DNA of 34,385 bases, from contig NC_068985.1 in NCBI RefSeq assembly GCF_001194135.2, forward strand, positions 74,283,668-74,318,052, written 5' to 3'. Below are positions 1-12,704 of this stretch, in pieces. Position numbers and translations under genes: made by a program. The stretch comes from Octopus bimaculoides. Its lineage: Eukaryota. The notes beneath the pieces are model-generated. The model saw only the letters and a program-made list of their open reading frames with translations, was not told the origin of the DNA and did no database searches. The number at the start of each line of letters is the position of its first letter. Position 1 is the stretch's first letter.

Positions 1-2107
1 ATATTTAATATGGCAAGCCATGTATGTGTGTGTGTATATATATGTAAGTAATTTTGGGAGTATACTGAAAAACCATTTTTGTTCTTTTCGTTTTTTCTAA
101 TTTTGCAGACCAAATGTACTGGCATAAATTTACCCTTGCCCTCCCCAAATCGGAGAAGATTGTAGGAATACCTGGATTTGTTCATTGTTCTCAAACTTGA
201 TTTCGTGTTTGTTAGTTTTATTCTATAACCCACCTCTGATTTTTTCTTTTTATGAGGTCAGTCGCTGTCTTTAAGACAGAAGACCCCGATTCATTGAGAC
301 ATTGCTTGATGACATACCTATAGAGAATTTTATTCATTTCCTTCTTGGTCTTCCACACTTCAACTCACAGTGGAGCACAGTCTCTGTTTCCTCGTATCCT
401 CCGTTCGGATTACATACTGTATTCCATTTCTTGTGCATCATATATTTGAAATCCTTGGAGTTAAACTATTTCCAATTCCCAATAACTTGCATGTATGTGT
501 TCCTGAAGGATTAGAACCGCCCAAGAAATTGACACGACATTTCGTTATTAAATACTTTGTTCGTAATGCTGCATCATCTCTCAGATATCTAATGCAAGTC
601 AGTATGAACAATTGTGGAAAGGAGAAACTTAGTGATAAACGAACCAATGTAATAACGACTGTATCACAATGCGTACTTCTCAATCTCAAACGACTGTAGT
701 TAAATATGAAAAGCCTCGAATTAAAACACCAGGTATGGATCAGTTGTAAGAAAACAAGTGTCAAAATAGAATGGTTGTAAAAGTATGGCACTTCAACTTG
801 ATTGCCATTTTCATACAGAAGCAGATTCATTCCATATTTGATTGCACGAGGGAGAGAGTGAGAGAGAAAAAAGCAGATAGAAGGTGAGAGACATTCCAGA
901 CTTTGATTTTAGTAACAGTGAGGATGTTATCGAGTATCCTGTTAGAAGTGAATGATATTTTCCCCATCCTTCTCAAACAGGATATTCTAGTTTCGACAAA
1001 GAAAAATCGACTAGACGCATTTGGCTTTCGTTGCCCCAAGGAGCTGCGAGAATGAAGCAGAAATGTGATTCCGATAATCGCATGCAATTGCAGTATAAAA
1101 TAACACACTCACGCAGACGCATACTCACATATATGCATAAATATGCACGAACTGAAATATATAGATACACACATAGATACAAAAACACTTCTGTTCAAGC
1201 ACGACTATCTTATCTGAGAGATAGAACACTTAATATTATTATTGGTTTTCGTACATTGTGATCTTCCTGTTATAGGAGGTAATGACATTACTTTGAGGAA
1301 AATACCTGGATAGTTAATTCCTCAATAAACCTAACATGAATGTTCTTCATCTCACCTTATAAAATTAAATGTAATTTTGTGTTTTCACTTTAGTACGTCG
1401 AGATTTGTAGGAGATATTACTGCTATTATTAGTAAAACATTATACAACTTAAACGGTAATTTTGTTCTTCAGCTTGAGTTTAGTATTAACTGTTGAAATC
1501 TAAACAAATAATTATAAGCTTGATTATTCTGACTTATGTACCACAGAAATGAGTTTTTATTCATTTTTAATTTTCTAAGCTGTGTAGTGTGTGATTAAAA
1601 GAAAATTCGTTTTCCATTTCTTACCGTTCCATAACAGCCCATTGTATCTGCTTTTGATTAAGTAAAATGTGACCGAGTTGATCTGTAACGAAACGACTTC
1701 CATTCGTAATAATCGCATTTGTCTTCTATGCATTGTGCCATATTCCCCAGTTTATTCAATGTTTTCCAAAGCTTCCAGAATATCAGGGACGACACTATCC
1801 ACATCGTCCTTCCAATGTTGATTTGTATTCAATTTCTAGTAGCGTTAAAAACTTAGGTACGAGTGATTTTGGTAACTATATGTAGTAGCTTGAAAAAAAT
1901 GCTCAAAGTACACTTCGATTCTGATCTGGCAGAGCTATGATTAAAGAAGGCTTTAGTAAGTTATGACTACATGACTCGGTGTGTTCTTCCTCTCTTGAAA
2001 GAGTTCTTGTGGATAAGATACGTGAACTTCGGTTACTATATCTAACAGTTCGAGCATACGACACACTCACAAACACATGCAGACAGACATAGATGCACGC
2101 GCTTGCA

Positions 2108-2179
2108 TACACACACACAGGCATAGACATACACAGACACACAGACACAGGCATAGGCATACACAGACACACATGCAGC

Positions 2180-2237
<58 letters not shown>

Positions 2238-2238
2238 C

Positions 2239-2283
<45 letters not shown>
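2108..2283. repeat. Compound microsatellite (CA-rich)/(CA)n/(TA)n/(GA)n
   Basis: Read directly; source of several spurious low-complexity ORFs in the track. Confidence 0.95.
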
Positions 2284-2287
<4 letters not shown>

Positions 2288-2800
2288 AATGGAATATTTC
2301 AAATGGAAAATTTTCGATGTCTAAAAGCAAATAGTTATCCATTTTTTTAATCTCAAACATACGAACACATGCTAACAAACAAATAAATCCTCAGCTTAAA
2401 AACCAACTGAATGACAATTGTCATCCTCCATATTTGTAGAAATAAAAAAAAAAAGAAATAACGACTATATTTACTTCTGTATACTCGAACAAAAAATACT
2501 TTTGTTTGTTCTTGCACAAAGAAGTTCTTTTGCAAAACAACTCTCAAACACGAATTGCATTCTTCTATTTTAACAGACAAAGAAAATACACTTCTCTCCG
2601 GATAATTTCATACAGGAAAGCTATAAAGTCGTAAATCAATAAATAAATCGAAGTATGTCACTTCCCGGATATCACTACATAATGCCATATCAGTGTGGAC
2701 AATTCCTATGCCTAGAATTTATGTAACGGGACCGAGATTAAAATTGACTACGTTTGATTGGCTTTCTCTAATGTAGGTACACATGTAATTGTTTAAGTGG

Positions 2801-3013
2801 TTAGCATGAGTTGCTTCACCAACATACTGAACATTTAGAAATAGCAGTCAAAGAACTACTGATTCCAAACTACAATTTTTTCTCTAATGGAGAACTACTG
2901 ATTCCAAACTACAAATTTTTCTCCATTAGAGAAAAAAATTGTAGTTTGGAATCAGTAGTTCTTTGACTGCTATTTCAAAATTTTCAGTATGTTGGTGAAG
3001 TAACTCATGCTAA
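2801..3013. repeat. Long inverted repeat (palindrome) with 24-nt spacer
   Basis: 2801-2894 is the reverse complement of 2919-3013 with 3 substitutions and one homopolymer indel; spacer 2895-2918 repeats part of the left arm. Confidence 0.95.
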
Positions 3014-3142
3014 GCCCTATATATTTATGATTATAAATGGTTTTACCGATAAAGGTATTTTTCATACTGAACTACTTGGCAAAATTGTTAATTATTAATT
3101 TTATTACTAATTGACAATTCCCTGCCCTATATCTGTATATAT

Positions 3143-3475
3143 NNNNNNNNNNNNNNNNNNNNNNNNNNNNNNNNNNNNNNNNNNNNNNNNNNNNNNNNNN
3201 NNNNNNNNNNNNNNNNNNNNNNNNNNNNNNNNNNNNNNNNNNNNNNNNNNNNNNNNNNNNNNNNNNNNNNNNNNNNNNNNNNNNNNNNNNNNNNNNNNNN
3301 NNNNNNNNNNNNNNNNNNNNNNNNNNNNNNNNNNNNNNNNNNNNNNNNNNNNNNNNNNNNNNNNNNNNNNNNNNNNNNNNNNNNNNNNNNNNNNNNNNNN
3401 NNNNNNNNNNNNNNNNNNNNNNNNNNNNNNNNNNNNNNNNNNNNNNNNNNNNNNNNNNNNNNNNNNNNNNNNNNN
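3143..3475. other. Assembly gap (N run) flanked by (TA)n
   Basis: 333 N. Confidence 1.
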
Positions 3476-4689
3476 ATATATATATATATATAATAGTGAT
3501 AGATAGATAGATTTATATGGTTACAGTTACAATATTTGGAGACAAAATGTCTCTAAAATCATTAAATATCTAAACGAAATCGCAGAAAAAAAATCGACAC
3601 AAAATTTTGCGAAGGAAATTTTCACATTGTGTTTACGCGCTTTGGTCAATAAATTTTGCAAACACGTGCTATGCGTCAATTTGTTTTGAGAAAATAATTT
3701 TTTGTGTTGTTGTTGGCTATTTCTGGTTTAGTGTCGGATGTAGAATTCTTATTATTTATTCTCCATTTGCCTTTCGTAGATCTTTTATAATTTTATGTTG
3801 AAGATAAGATGTATTTTGAATTTCTTATTTGCATAATCGTCAAGATATTTACTACATGGAACATTCCCAAGGGATAATATTGAATTTCTTGTTTATATAC
3901 TCATACAAGACACTTTTAAGTTTGATCGCGTTCGGCCTAAGCAATTGTCTCTGCCGTTTGGAGATGTGATGCAGTAAGTGTGATATTTTAAAATTCATGT
4001 TTGCATTAACATTCATTTGGTGTGTTTGCATTAACATGTATATTAGTATGTCTTTGTATCGTTACAGTGGATATCTGTTGCAGCCGTGTCATTTTCTTTT
4101 ATTATCAGATTGTGTGAATAGGAGGTCCCCTTTTATTTATTTCCATAATGAAATGAACCGGTTAATAAATGCTATCTATTAATTCAAGTAATCTTCTAAA
4201 TATTTTCCTTCTTTTGTGCAAAAATATAAGGTAGTAATCAAGTTACTTTTCCATTTTCATATAAAAAAAGGATTGGAAATATTGATGAAAAGTAATTCAG
4301 GAAATGGGCATAATATTTTTTTCTACAAGGGATCCCATAACTTGTGCCCCAAACCCTGACACGGCATTCGTTCCGGTTACTGTAATCTGTAATTGTTTTC
4401 TATTACCAATCGTAATCCGTCAATCATAACTGTTTTATGGAACATCTGAAAACTTGGTGGGTATTTTTTAATCCACCCCGTTAATACTTATCTTTTCCGA
4501 TGTGGGATATTTTTGTAGAAGCTGATTACGTTGAAACTAATTAAAATCGTCTCTACAATTATGCTTTCTAAAACATAAGTCTTTGTTATCTTTGATGAAA
4601 CTATGGACCATTTTGCACTTTCGATTCACGATTATGCCAAGTAAATTCTCAGTCAGACGGTTTGAGAAATCTGGCAGTTCCTCAGTATC

Positions 4690-4745
4690 AAAGCAGTGCT
4701 GCATTATGGCCGCAGTCAGTTGACTGTCACAAGTAAAACATAAAA
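4690..4745 (+). mobile_element. Degenerate SINE 3' tail fragment
   Basis: ATGGCCGCAGTCAGTTGACTGTCACAAGTAAAA resembles the 3' end of the SINE at 9749-10149 (ATGGCCACAGTCAAAAGACTGAAACAAGTAAAA). Confidence 0.6.
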
Positions 4746-5010
4746 AAAAATATAGTACAGAAGATACTTTAAACTCTTATAGTGTTCTTACGATTAATTA
4801 AGCGATTCTCTTTGTTGTAAGTTTATCTGCACTGGATTTGAATTTTATGAAGAAATGTTGGTCATATAGTTGTTTTAAGACCATTTTCTTATAACGGGTC
4901 TTGTCCTTTATCCCATCTTCTCAAATTTAACGATTATAGACGACCGTTTGTTCTACATTTATACTGCTTGGTGTATATGGTTTGTATTTATAATGCTAGT
5001 TGTATGGTTT

Positions 5011-5346
5011 AGCACATAGCTCAGTTTTTAAAGGGTCGGGCTCACAAACGTGAGTTAATGAGTTCAATTCCTGGGCTGGGCTGTGTATTGGATTCTTGAG
5101 CAAGGCACTTTATTTCACGTTGCTCCAATTCACTTAGCTATAGAAATGAATTGCGACGTCACTTGGTGCCAAGCTGTATCGATCTTTGCCGTTCCCTTGA
5201 ATAATGACGGTGGCGTGGAGAGGGGAGGCACGTATACTCGGGCGATCGCTGGACTTGCATAAAAACCATTCCCCTGACTCGTTCCTCGGAGGGTAACATT
5301 CTAGGCGCAATTTCATGGTCATTCATGAAGAGAGTCTTTTTACCCT
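5011..5346 (+). mobile_element. tRNA-derived SINE, near full length
   Basis: tRNA-like head with A-box-like (TAGCTCAGT) and B-box-like (GAGTTCAATTCC) motifs, followed by the central TCTTGAGCAAGGCACTTTATTTCACGTTGCTCC segment typical of cephalopod SINEs; family name not verified. Confidence 0.85.
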
Positions 5347-5504
5347 GTATATATTTTGTGGGGATGCTTGAGCCTGCTGACCTTTTCAAACACATTATGA
5401 CACATTATACGTTTCTCTAAGTATTTATTCTTGTTTGTAGGAGATTTAAATCCTGTTTTGTTTTTTTTTCACATGTGATAGGTCTCCAAAATGTTTCGAT
5501 TTGG

Positions 5505-5973
5505 AAAAAATGCGGTAGATGAAGTTTTCCGCACAAATCCTTCGTGAAGCAAAACATCCCCAGCTGTTAGTAAATTATGCCATAACCAAACAAAAAAGAA
5601 ATCCTATCCAATGTCATACGACGAAACACTTGCAGTGAGGGTGAAGATAATTATACAACTAGGAATATTCCAATCATATTCACAAACAAAATATCTCATT
5701 TACTGCAACACATGACCACAATGCATTGAGAATTGTACCGGCCGAACAGGATCAAAATTGATAAATCGTGTGAGAATATATAAGCAAGATATTAAAGATT
5801 ATCTTCTACGAATGAGGAAAGCTTCATGTGGAAAAAATCTAATCAGCTGCGCAAATGGAAAATGCAAAATTTTTCATTTTTCAAAAGAAAATAAAGGAAA
5901 AATATAATAAACTTCGGAAAACAAAGATGAATGTTTTATAAGAATTATACATCCCACACTAAACTGGAAGTAA
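5505..5973 (+). mobile_element. Penelope-like element, decayed GIY-YIG endonuclease fragment
   Basis: KKCGR at 5505-5519; from 5689 KYLIYCNT*PQCIENCTGRTGSKLINRVRIYKQDIKD...SCANGKCKIFHFFK, then after a frameshift NKLRKTK/DECFIRIIHPTLN, matching the PLE pattern LIY-C-C-YIG-T...R...E..I...LN; shares the 15-mer AAAAAATGCGGTAGA with the fragment at 33918. Confidence 0.8.
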
Positions 5974-6159
5974 TAAACACCAGCACTAAAATAACTTGCT
6001 CTCTACAGATGAAACATTAAGAGGTGTGTTTGAAAAAATTATGCTTACAGACTTCAAAAGCTTCAATTCCAAAATTTTCGTCATTCTGTTTTCCTAAGAT
6101 ATTTCTAAATAGTTAATAAGATTTTTTTTAATGAAAATCAGGTTAAAAATAGACGTACA

Positions 6160-6163
<4 letters not shown>

Positions 6164-6193
<30 letters not shown>

Positions 6194-6198
6194 CATAC
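6164..6198. repeat. (TACA)n microsatellite
   Basis: Read directly. Confidence 0.9.
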
Positions 6199-8376
6199 GT
6201 ATCCATACTTACACTCATACATAGAAACATTTACATATAGGAATATTTCATATAAAATAAGCGCCAAAATTTCAGTCAGGAAACAATCATGGACGACTGT
6301 TATTCTTGTTGATACACTGCAATATCATGAACGTTTATATTTTCTCTTTATCTATAAATGTTGGAGAACGTTTTCTGATACTGATGAAGTAGCAAGTTTA
6401 ATATTGTTTGATGAATGTCTAAATGTGTCTGATGAAAGATTTGCAGGGAAATAATCAGTTATAAACAGTTTAAATGATAGCTATATGAAATACGACAAAT
6501 ATACTGCAATATCGATCTTAAAGGCCAAACCACATGCACGTAATGATCATTTGAACACTTGAAATGTGCGTAATATCTTTTCGAAAGGAACACTAATGCA
6601 TTATACACATGTTGTTTGTTTATATGCTTTAGAAAGAAAAGAATATCTTACTTCAGTGCTAACAAACTATTGATTTCTCAATATTTCAACCAATGTTCCT
6701 ATTGACGTATTTCCGTCCCAACTGCAGTATCATCACATTGCCGTGAAGTAAAGCTCTGTCTCCGTTAAATGTTTGCATTATGAATGATGGCAAAGATAGG
6801 AAATCATAAAACGAATACCATATTCGCTTTGGAGCCTTTTGATATGAGCAACACAAGAAAATATATCATGTGCATCATATGCGACTAACAGTATCGAACG
6901 GGTAATATTCTATAGGCTTTAGAATATAATACGCTACAATACAGGTATCTGGTTTTCAGCTTTCAAGTTAAGTATTCTGTCAATAATGTTATGGATTTAC
7001 ACGAAGTAACTTAGTAAATTTCATGTAACTGGAACTATTAAACCTAAGCCATCTTTGTATTGTAGCTTTTCAGCAATGCAACTCTCCTCCAGAAAATAGA
7101 AAAACACACTTAGAAATTATGGCATATATTCTGCGTAATACAAGCACCACCTAAAAGTATCGTCAGACATGTTTGAGACGAGTTTAATCTATAAGCGTTA
7201 AAAATTGAGTGATATGAGGAAGTAATGATCAGAGCTATATTTTATCGCAGGCATACGTTTGTGTTCTAGAGAAATTAAGTTTTCCAATTTCCTACTGTCG
7301 TCATTCATTTCTGGAAGCCTTTTAATACATGATGTTGATACAATGAAAATAAGATAGCTACTTTGAATGAATAAGTATCATTTGCCACCCCAGGTTAAAT
7401 TATTATTTGTAGTTGACAAATGTTTCCGAATTATAGAACATTCCATATCAAGTACGAATAATAATGACAGCATATCTCCCTGAAATTTAGCGTATATAAA
7501 CTTACTGACAACATCTGTGTTCACTCTTCCATCCCATGTAAAACTGAAAATATACGATATGGATTTGATGTTAATTCATGTGACTTAAAAAACATTTCCA
7601 AATATTTTCTTCATTGATTATTCTTTAAAATTTGTTCGATCACAATTTCAGACTTATAATTAATATCATTCTAATAATCAGAATCCTTCAATAAGATAAT
7701 CAGCTTCATTTAAAATTTATTGAACTGATGCACTCACGAACTCCATTTCTAATTTCTCCGGTGTTTTCTAAGTTGTTTATACTCAACCTACATAAACACA
7801 TCTGAAGTTTTCTACGTATTATTGCCAATGGGGTATATGCGATATTTTCAAGAGCATTACTTTACAATGTATTTCTGTAATAATCTAGACGACAGCTGCT
7901 TAAATGGCAACGCTGAACGCTGTGTATGACATTCTATAATGACTGCTTGTAGTAGTGTGCCTAAAGGCAAATCTCAGTGGTTAATATCTAGAGAGAATAT
8001 ATAAATGTAAATATTTACTTGTATCCTCGTCAATGACTCACATTAAAAAGACTGTCATATAATTTGTGTGTGATATGAGTAAATAAGCAAATATTAATAA
8101 TAACTAGAACACAATTTTACTAATATTTAAACAGAATATTAAATAAGGAAAATATATGAATTAAGTTTCTTGAAGAAAAAAAATTGTTCATGATTTAGTT
8201 TCTTTTCACATGATTCTAAATGTTGCAATTTAGACATTAACCAAATATAAATAGTCGATAAATATTATCAAATATTATTTTATACAAAAGATTCGAACAT
8301 TGCTTTATATATTGCATCTTAAATACATTAGCCCTTCTTATTTGTGTTTTGTGCTCTGAGTTGTATTAAAAAAAAA

Positions 8377-8554
8377 TCTTTCTCATATAGGAATAAGACC
8401 TTAAACTTAGGGCGGGAAGGGGTAAGTCGATTATATCAACCCCAATTCGTGACTGGTACTTATTTCATCAACTCCAAAACGATGAAAGGCAAAGTCGACT
8501 TTGGCGGAATTTGGGCTCAGTACGTAAAGCCGGACGAAATACCGCTAAGCATTT
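8377..8554 (-). mobile_element. tRNA-derived SINE, partial (same family as 19966-20178)
   Basis: Reverse complement aligns to 19990-20178 (GATGAAAGGCAAAGTCGAC, GCTAAGCATTT landmarks); 5' head truncated. Confidence 0.85.
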
Positions 8555-9748
8555 AGATATATTTTCCACTGCAAATGATCTCACCTGAAACTTCCCATTA
8601 TTTGTGACATGCACGTTACCTTTGAATTTGTAGCAGTTTTCTTCAATTGGTGTTCGTATATTGACATCAGATAACAGATAATACGTTATGAGGTGAAAGT
8701 TTGTGAAGAGTTGTAGATATATGTTGTTTGGAGATTTTCTGCTTACGTAGGTTTGCTGTGTATAAGAATTCCCAGTATATCCAAATTAGTTTCAGGTTTG
8801 TAGTATATTACGTGCTGTGTATAAGTTTAAATATGTGCGATATGACCTGTCAACGTCAAAATTACCGGACGTTAATAATCGGAAAAAAAATATTACACTT
8901 TAAAAGTAATGTCTCTACAACATATTTATCTTAATTGCTTAATGAAATTGTGTAAAGTATATAAATATTCAGTCTTTTGTTTAAAGAAGATAAGTTAATG
9001 TGGTTACAAAAGCTGTAAATTTGATAGTAAGGGGTACAGCAAAGAATGATGAAACAACAACACATTCTTCCTACCAACGGAACGCTATTTCCATGCATTT
9101 TATTGATTTGTAGTTATTTATTGGTCAATTATTTCAAGTTACACAATTCACAGATACGAAGAAGAAAATATATAGATTCACATGACTATTGTATATCATG
9201 CACGTTTAAATATGAATATATTGCCTTTCTATATGTTTCATTAGAAGTATTCTCTCTTCTTATTAAAAAAGATTTAACGAACTACTGTTTTTTTTTTATT
9301 CATCTATTCGAATCCCTAACAGAAAGATATAGTAAAATATGCAACAGGTCCTTAAGACAGTATTCTGAAAAATAAACGAACGTAATCAATGATATATCAC
9401 ACACTATATCATGCTTTTGGCAGTCTTATGACATTAATTGTGATACATTGATGACTATTTTAGTTTAATATTGTTTTGGGAGAAAATATAAATATACAAA
9501 TGCGGGGCAACTGGATTAAACATATAAATGCACACGCCCCCCCCCACACACACGCACGCACATATGCGATTTTCTATTTATGAATATCTGAGTCGTTTTG
9601 TACGAACCAAATTGTATAGCAACATGAAAAATAAAAATTTCAATCCATTTTAACATCTAATCCCCTCCATGATACAAATATGAATGAATTTGTTGAATTT
9701 CGCTTCATAAGTTAAATCATGTACTGATTATTTATATATATTTTAATA

Positions 9749-10149
9749 GGAGTGGCTGTGTGGTAAGTAGCTTGCTTACCAACCACATGGTCCCGGGTTC
9801 AGTCCCACTGCGTGGCATCTTGGGCAAGTGTCTTCTACTATAGCCTCGGGCCGACCAAAGCCTTGTGAGTTGATTTGGTAGACGGAAACTGAAAGAAGCC
9901 TGTCGTATATATGTATATATATATATGTATGTATTTGTATGTCTGTGTTTGTCCCCCAACATCGCTTGACAACCGATGTTGGTGTGTTTATGCCCCCGTA
10001 ACTTAGCGGTTCGGCAAAAGAGACCGATATAATAAGTACTAGGCTTCCAAAGAATAAGTCCTGGGGTCGATTTGCTCGACTAAAGGCGGTACTCCAGCAT
10101 GGCCACAGTCAAAAGACTGAAACAAGTAAAAGAGAGTAAAAAAAAGAGT
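9749..10149 (+). mobile_element. tRNA-derived SINE, full length, with internal (TA/TG)n and AAAAGAGT tail
   Basis: GGAGTGGCTGTGTGGTAAG A-box region, GGGTTCAGTCCC B-box, TTGGGCAAGTGTC core, AAGTAAAAGAGAGT tail; cephalopod SINE type, exact family not verified. Confidence 0.92.
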
Positions 10150-11069
10150 ATACTGGACTCCAACTTCCCTTGTCAATATAAATATTACTCTATCTTTGAT
10201 AGATCTAACTTGAAGCTATACTACTCCTCCCCCACCCAACTATCAGTCTATCATAACAGCCTCTAATACACGAAAACGTTCTCCTCTGTTATCAAAACTT
10301 ACACCGTAACAACTCTGAATACACAACCGCCTAATATATATATATAGCTCCAATATCGAACCCTATACTTGAGACCACTAACCAGAATACTACTACTACA
10401 ACTTCCACTACAATTACAGACAGGATAAATGCCAAGAACGATAGAAATAGTAATTATAGGAGTGATAATAATGTTAATGACATACACCAATGTACGCCAA
10501 TCTCTAACCTCTTCTCTGACAGTATTACCCCCTCCATTCTTGAGAACAATCCTCAGTGCACTACGATGTGACTGCCGTCGGGGACCATCTTCCCTCAAAA
10601 ACTCATTGCAGAAGGTCGGCTGTAATTTATAAATGCACCGTCTTCAACACGTTACACAATTCTAAAACCGTATATATAGGATCAACTATAAATTTTAAAC
10701 AGCGATACGCTGCGCATCTTTATTCTTTTACATACGAAAAGCATAGAAAATCTGCAACACTCACCAGTCACATACATCATCTCAAAAACAGAAATATTCC
10801 CTGCATCTTGTCATGGTTCGTGATAGATTAGGGGTTTCCCTACCAAGGTTAACGCTCAGCCTGTAAGCTATGCCTAAAAGAGGCATTCTAATATTAAAAC
10901 ACAACTCTTCAATACTACTAAATAAATATAATGAGGCCCTAGGTACATGCAACTACCGCTTTTTCCATACATTCGAATTTTACCACAAATCTAAATGCAC
11001 ATATCCCGAACACCACTTAGGTAATCCCCAACAAGCCTATTTGACTTTCCATTAATACTACATATATGG

Positions 11070-11295
11070 ACATGCGTATGCGTACGTATGCGGATGTATG
11101 TGTGTTTGTATATATATATATATATATATATACATATATATGTGTGTGCGTACATGTATGTGTGTATATATGTGTGTATGTATGCATGCGTATGAGTGTA
11201 TATCTATACGCGTGTATATGTATGCATGCGTATGTATATGCACGCATTCATACGGGTTTAAATACACATATACGCAGGCCTATATAATAATGCAT
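11070..11295. repeat. Mixed (TA)/(TG)/(TATG) microsatellite within the PLE 3' region
   Basis: Read directly. Confidence 0.9.
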
Positions 11296-11984
11296 ATATA
11301 ATTAACCAAACTTGACCATTCATAATATTCTTCCCTTCCGTTTTGTGGTTTACTACTCATTTTCACACCCCTCCTATTGCTTCCTCTGTACCCATCATTT
11401 AGTGCCATTCTATCCTATCACCCCACCTTACACTTAGTTACTACTTACATTCGTATCTCTTCGTATCTCTCCCCTACTCCTATCCCACCCACTCATATCT
11501 GAACCACCAACAAACACTCCTGTTTTCCCATGTTTTCCCTTTCTTACACTTTTCATTAATTTTGTTTCTTGTTTTCGTTTTATCTTCCTCTTTCTTTCCT
11601 TCTACTTTTCTCACCTTTTCGTTTCAACTGTCTCTTCCTTTTAACATACACTTTTCTTCTTCCCTCTCTCTCCACTTAATACTACCACTACAATCTCAAA
11701 TTTTCATTCACACCACACGACACCTACGTCTCCAAACATTCCATCTGTGATGAAAATATACGAACTACTATTGGAATTTACATACCACGGACAAGAAGCA
11801 TTTCTGCTACTTTTACACATCACTTACCTTGGATAATGGGACTGCAACTATAACATATTTGTACATTTTAATTTTTATTTCTACATTCATTCTCCTTATT
11901 CCCTACATACCCATTATTTGTTTCCTTTTCCAAAATAACTCTGTATATAGAACTCTAATAATTCCCTCTATTTACCCATATGAT

Positions 11985-12036
11985 ATCTTGTCTGATAAAG
12001 GGGAATCCCTAATATTCCAGAAATAGCTGTAAGACT
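11985..12036 (+). ncRNA. Decayed type I hammerhead ribozyme motif in PLE 3' end
   Basis: CTGATAA (11992-11998; G8 changed to A), GC-rich stem II hairpin, GAAA (12020-12023), TAGCTG-TA (near-palindrome ACAGCTGT), AGAC; stem I poorly paired. Confidence 0.6.
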
Positions 12037-12704
12037 AACTTTCACATTATAAATGTCCTGAAAATTCCATACAGCGTTGGCTTTATTGTCTCATTTTATT
12101 TAACACACACATACATACAATCACACAAACACACACATGCACACACAAACACAAACATATATATTGAAATTTAACATCGTTAATTTTGTATTGTGTTACG
12201 CGATTTATTCAAGTCCACCCACGAAGAGTATATCATGTTTGTGATGTTCTCTTCATACACTGTAGTCATGTGCTCTTAGCTGAAGTGCCTTTATTTTTAA
12301 TCTTAGTTTCTTCCTTTTATATGTTTCATTTCTCATTTTATTTAAGCTTCTTTATATATTTAATTTTTCTGATATATGAATGTCGACATGCTATCATTAT
12401 TAAATAAACCTCAGTAATATTTTTATCAGACTTTTAGGTAAACTGCTTTTTTTTCAACTAACAGTGATATGCAGTTTTAAATTAAGCCTTACACTTTATT
12501 TCAGATTTGATCTTCTTATTATGCTGCTTCAATTCTGAGAGAATCAGAATTTATAGAATCTGATTGATGGCATAGACATTCTTTTAAATATAATTCAAAT
12601 AACAATATATATATTTTTTTAAATGACTAGACCATAATACTTAGATATTCTGTATATACCTCATTCTACCAATTTTGAAAGCATATGTCATTGTAATTAT
12701 TCAC

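Larger units (their letters stand above)
10150..12100 (+). mobile_element. Penelope-like element, 5'-truncated (RT C-terminus, linker, GIY-YIG, 3' tail with hammerhead relic)
   Basis: ILDSNFPCQYKYYSIFDRSNLKLYYSS/PNYQSIITASN (PLE post-RT motif); CDCRRGP/HCRRSAVIYKCTV...VYIGSTINFKQRYAAH...SWFVID*GFPYQG*RSACKLCLKEAF*ILKHNSSILLNKYNEALGTC; several stops and frameshifts; pyrimidine-rich tail ending at (CA)n near 12100. Confidence 0.9.

Noticed and set aside
540-720. FNYSRLR and IRYLRDDAAL on the minus strand resembling an RTE LINE RT (LFADDAAL)
   Set aside because: Motif spacing is wrong, the Y/F-A-D-D motif is not intact, and no flanking RT motifs were found
1903-2378. ORFs rich in HT, RE, CV, YI dipeptides (also near 11017-11301, 27756-28141, 32242-32667)
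   Set aside because: Translations of dinucleotide microsatellites
5011-5085. tRNA-like segments at SINE heads (also 9749, 19966)
   Set aside because: No complete cloverleaf; they continue into SINE bodies, so they are not tRNA genes
5995-6050. CAGATGA-AACAT...GTGTT-T-GAAA downstream of the 5505 PLE fragment
   Set aside because: Core mismatch and no stem I or stem III pairing; compatible with chance in AT-rich DNA
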